From a virus (lineage: Duplodnaviria > Caudoviricetes), in the IMG/VR virus record IMGVR_UViG_3300044681_000033, positions 1-35,580 of that record: 35,580 nt of DNA. One strand, 5' to 3'. Below, piece by piece: positions 33,751 through 35,580 of the stretch. Each line of letters opens with the position of its first letter. Position 1 is the stretch's first letter. The position numbers and the translations under genes are program-made. The notes below the pieces were generated by a model, which worked only from the letters and a program-made list of their open reading frames with translations, searched no databases and was not told where the DNA came from.

Positions 33751-33759
33751 CGTTTCTCC

Positions 33760-33785
33760 AAAAAAAAGCCCGCGAGTGGCGGGCT
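33760..33785 (-). terminator. Intrinsic terminator
   Basis: AGCCCGC-CACTC-GCGGGCT stem followed by a run of T on the - strand. Confidence 0.85.
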
Positions 33786-33831
33786 AACCCCTATGACGGG
33801 GAGGAGGAGAAATGCCTCGGAGGTTGAGGCA
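33760..33831 (-). ncRNA. Candidate ~72-nt anti-Shine-Dalgarno sRNA/leader
   Basis: Extended -10 TGCTATTCT at 33837-33845; hairpin TGCCTC-AACCTCC-GAGGCA, linker TTTCTCCTCCT, hairpin CCCC-GTCATA-GGGG, then the terminator. Confidence 0.55.
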
Positions 33832-33868
33832 CACTCAGAATAGCACACCACTTCGTTAAACAGTATAC

Positions 33869-34183
33869 CTAAGAAATGTCCACCAGTTTGTGAACCCACC
33901 TGTTATCTTTCTTCTTCCAGCCTATAACCCAGATATTCCAATTGGCTTTCCTGACTGGGCCTACGGTATCGGATTCTTCTATCTTTCTTACCCTGCTAGA
34001 AATGTTGTCCCAACTCGTACATTGCACCGCAACAGTTTCACCATCTCGGATAGCTACGATGTCAGTCCACCCCCACAGGTCTTTCCTGATGTTCGCCCCT
34101 GGTATCCACTTTTCCACTACCTCGGCTAGATAGCCCTCCTTTTTTAGCCAAGCCAGAGATAATTGTGTTGGGGACATAGCCAT
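33869..34183 (-). CDS. PD-(D/E)XK-fold nuclease (resolvase-like)
   Basis: L...GY....VE.W, DLWG..DIVA.......VQ.TS motifs. Confidence 0.65.
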   Translation of the reverse strand: MAMSPTQLSLAWLKKEGYLAEVVEKWIPGANIRKDLWGWTDIVAIRDGETVAVQCTSWDNISSRVRKIEESDTVGPVRKANWNIWVIGWKKKDNRWVHKLVDIS

Positions 34184-34286
34184 AGATCACCTTAAAACAA
34201 GGGTTGCAGTATTTTCTTGCTCGTGCCTTGCGGATTCTGCCCGCACATCGTTTGCAGGTCGTCCACTTATGTTTTAGCTCGTACAT
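34062..34286 (-). CDS. Possible small zinc-finger protein
   Basis: CKRC...CNPC pair in the part that does not overlap neighbours; the tail overlaps the nuclease gene. Confidence 0.4.
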   Translation of the reverse strand: MYELKHKWTTCKRCAGRIRKARARKYCNPCFKVIYGYVPNTIISGLAKKGGLSSRGSGKVDTRGEHQERPVGVD

Positions 34287-34563
34287 CCACTAACCCCCTA
34301 TCGAACAGTTCAAACATCGTTTTTCTCCAAGCCCGCAGCCATAGTTCTTCTCTTTCCCACTTAGCCAGATCCTTGCCAGAATCGACCATTGCGTGACAGG
34401 AAATGCACAGCGCACAACTATATACATCGTGTGCCTTAAGGCCCATGCCTTTTCCAGACCAAGACCCCCAGTTAGCGTGACTGGCCTGAGTCTGCCCCTC
34501 TATACCGCAATGCTGGCAGGGCAGAGAGGCAACGGCTTTTAGGAGTTTAGGGTTGCGATACAT
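34267..34563 (-). CDS. DUF1364/Ref-like HNH-type Zn-binding nuclease
   Basis: R..KLL..V..LPC..CG....QASH.N....KGMGLKA.D...ALC..CH..VD. Confidence 0.8.
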   Translation of the reverse strand: MYRNPKLLKAVASLPCQHCGIEGQTQASHANWGSWSGKGMGLKAHDVYSCALCISCHAMVDSGKDLAKWEREELWLRAWRKTMFELFDRGLVDVRAKT

Positions 34564-34993
34564 TCCTAGCCTTTAGTTCGGCCTCTATAGCCCTGGCAAA
34601 GATCATCGCGCAATTCATATCAAATGTTCCGTCATCCACGCACTCGCAAGTCATACCCATGATCTCAACATCATCAAGCCCGACCCATTTTCTTTTTTTC
34701 CTGCGTGGCTCTGAGGATGGTTTGCCGCCAGTATTAGGAAGAACTCGGTAACGATATAAACCGTCTTTAACCATCTCGCGCTCTACTTCGTAGCCACCAA
34801 AGCGAGGCTTCCGCAAGTGCCTTAGTTGTGCGCTAATGCTTGCCTCTGGGTCTCCAGTTTTTGCCGAGATTTCAGCAAGCGTTTTCCACCTTCCGCTTTT
34901 AACAACATCCCAGATTCTTAGAAGTTGCCCAGTAAGGCGTGGATTGTCCCTTTCGGGAACATAGTCTGCACCAGCAAATTTGTATGCTTTCAT
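34547..34993 (-). CDS. Winged-helix protein fused to a WVGL-type phage C-terminal module
   Basis: W.TL.EI...TG.PEASISAQLR.LRK.RFG wHTH, then KWVGL...EI...FARAIEA.LK.RN. Confidence 0.65.
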   Translation of the reverse strand: MKAYKFAGADYVPERDNPRLTGQLLRIWDVVKSGRWKTLAEISAKTGDPEASISAQLRHLRKPRFGGYEVEREMVKDGLYRYRVLPNTGGKPSSEPRRKKRKWVGLDDVEIMGMTCECVDDGTFDMNCAMIFARAIEAELKARNVSQP

Positions 34994-35238
34994 TTTTTAC
35001 TCTCCTCGTGTTCTATCAGCTTGTTTAGGAAGTGTCGGCATTTGTAGAGATCCTCCAGCCCGTTCTTATTCTTCCAGCGGGAAATGTATTTAATTACCGA
35101 GCCTTCCATGTAGCCAAGCTCGTTAGCCAAGACATAATCCCACGGTTGTATCGTGAGGCGTTTATAGTGCTGACCGCCTATTTGCCCTTCGTTCGCAGGT
35201 TCTTTCACAGCCACAATTGTTGGTTTTCCAGTCTCCAT
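34990..35238 (-). CDS. DUF3310 (SaV-like/T7 gp1.7-like) protein
   Basis: QIGG.HY....IQPWDY......Y.EG.VIKY.SRW..KNGLEDL.K..H.L. Confidence 0.85.
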   Translation of the reverse strand: METGKPTIVAVKEPANEGQIGGQHYKRLTIQPWDYVLANELGYMEGSVIKYISRWKNKNGLEDLYKCRHFLNKLIEHEESKK

Positions 35239-35404
35239 CAGGCTCCCCGTATCTGAATAAAATTGAGTCCCTTATCTGCTGCCGCAGCACCTTGCATTGT
35301 TCCGTAACGAGAATTCTTAGTCTGCATCGCCCGCAGTTTAGATTGAATACGCCTATGCTTTCGCAGTCCAGACAGGTTGAAGGGGTCTGCGGAGAAGTAT
35401 TCAT
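35162..35404 (-). CDS. Cys-rich putative zinc-binding protein, entirely overprinted on its neighbours
   Basis: MNTSPQTPSTCLDC...CGRCR...QCK...CGCERTC; ordered CxxC/CxxC/CxCxxxC pattern. Confidence 0.5.
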   Translation of the reverse strand: MNTSPQTPSTCLDCESIGVFNLNCGRCRLRILVTEQCKVLRQQIRDSILFRYGEPDGDWKTNNCGCERTCERRANRRSAL

Positions 35405-35580
35405 CTCGTTTGTTGGAGATGGGTTTGTCAGAATATCCAGTTGGGGCGTATCTGAGGCCGATTTTTTTGATCTTTTCTTCACGGATTAGCCTGTTCAAAA
35501 TTTGATACATACCAGACTTGTTATGGCCTGTGAGATCCATAATCTCAGCCGCAGACATACTCCTCGTAATTATCTTTTCT
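35238..35580 (-). CDS. 3' part of the winged-helix-like protein that starts at 149 across the junction
   Basis: MSAAEIMDLTGHNKSGMYQILNRLIREEKIKKIG HTH-wing pattern; stop overlaps the DUF3310 start (TGATG). Confidence 0.7.
   Translation of the reverse strand, partial: EKIITRSMSAAEIMDLTGHNKSGMYQILNRLIREEKIKKIGLRYAPTGYSDKPISNKRDEYFSADPFNLSGLRKHRRIQSKLRAMQTKNSRYGTMQGAAAADKGLNFIQIRGA
35452..35580. repeat. Terminal overlap, right copy
   Basis: Matches 1-129 with one mismatch. Confidence 0.95.

Noticed and set aside
1-35580. Stop-codon reassignment or programmed frameshift genes
   Set aside because: All core genes are full length in code 11, all three stop codons end genes, and no split ORF pair needing a frameshift was seen.

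Overview
The window is an apparently complete, circularly assembled ~35.45-kb tailed-phage genome: bases 1-129 repeat at 35452-35580, and one gene reads through the junction. It has a podovirus-type virion module (terS/terL, portal, scaffold, DUF5309-like capsid, adaptor, nozzle, four ejection-type proteins, Gly-rich fibre) and no tape measure or sheath. It also carries an M15 endolysin with a 3TM holin, lambdoid-style replication (DUF1376 initiator with internal iterons plus a P-like protein), and a short + strand early operon with Red-like recombination genes. No integrase, obvious repressor, polymerase or tRNA was seen. A proteobacterial, probably aquatic, host is an inference from gene content only. 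Main signals beyond ordinary annotation: (1) strong genome-wide, frame-independent enrichment of the 5-mer CCGCA/TGCGG; (2) a GNAT gene flanked by an exact 18-bp direct repeat made of an RBS plus start codon; (3) three candidate structured RNAs (an RBS-sequestering pseudoknot leader on the initiator, a promoter-driven multi-stem RNA, and an anti-Shine-Dalgarno sRNA); (4) a GTTG-N8-CAAC operator at three intergenic switch points; (5) an ART+GNAT polyvalent protein and a dispersed set of three glycosyltransferases, a methyltransferase and a 2OG oxygenase. All family calls are from motif recognition by eye, not database searches, and all counts are manual.
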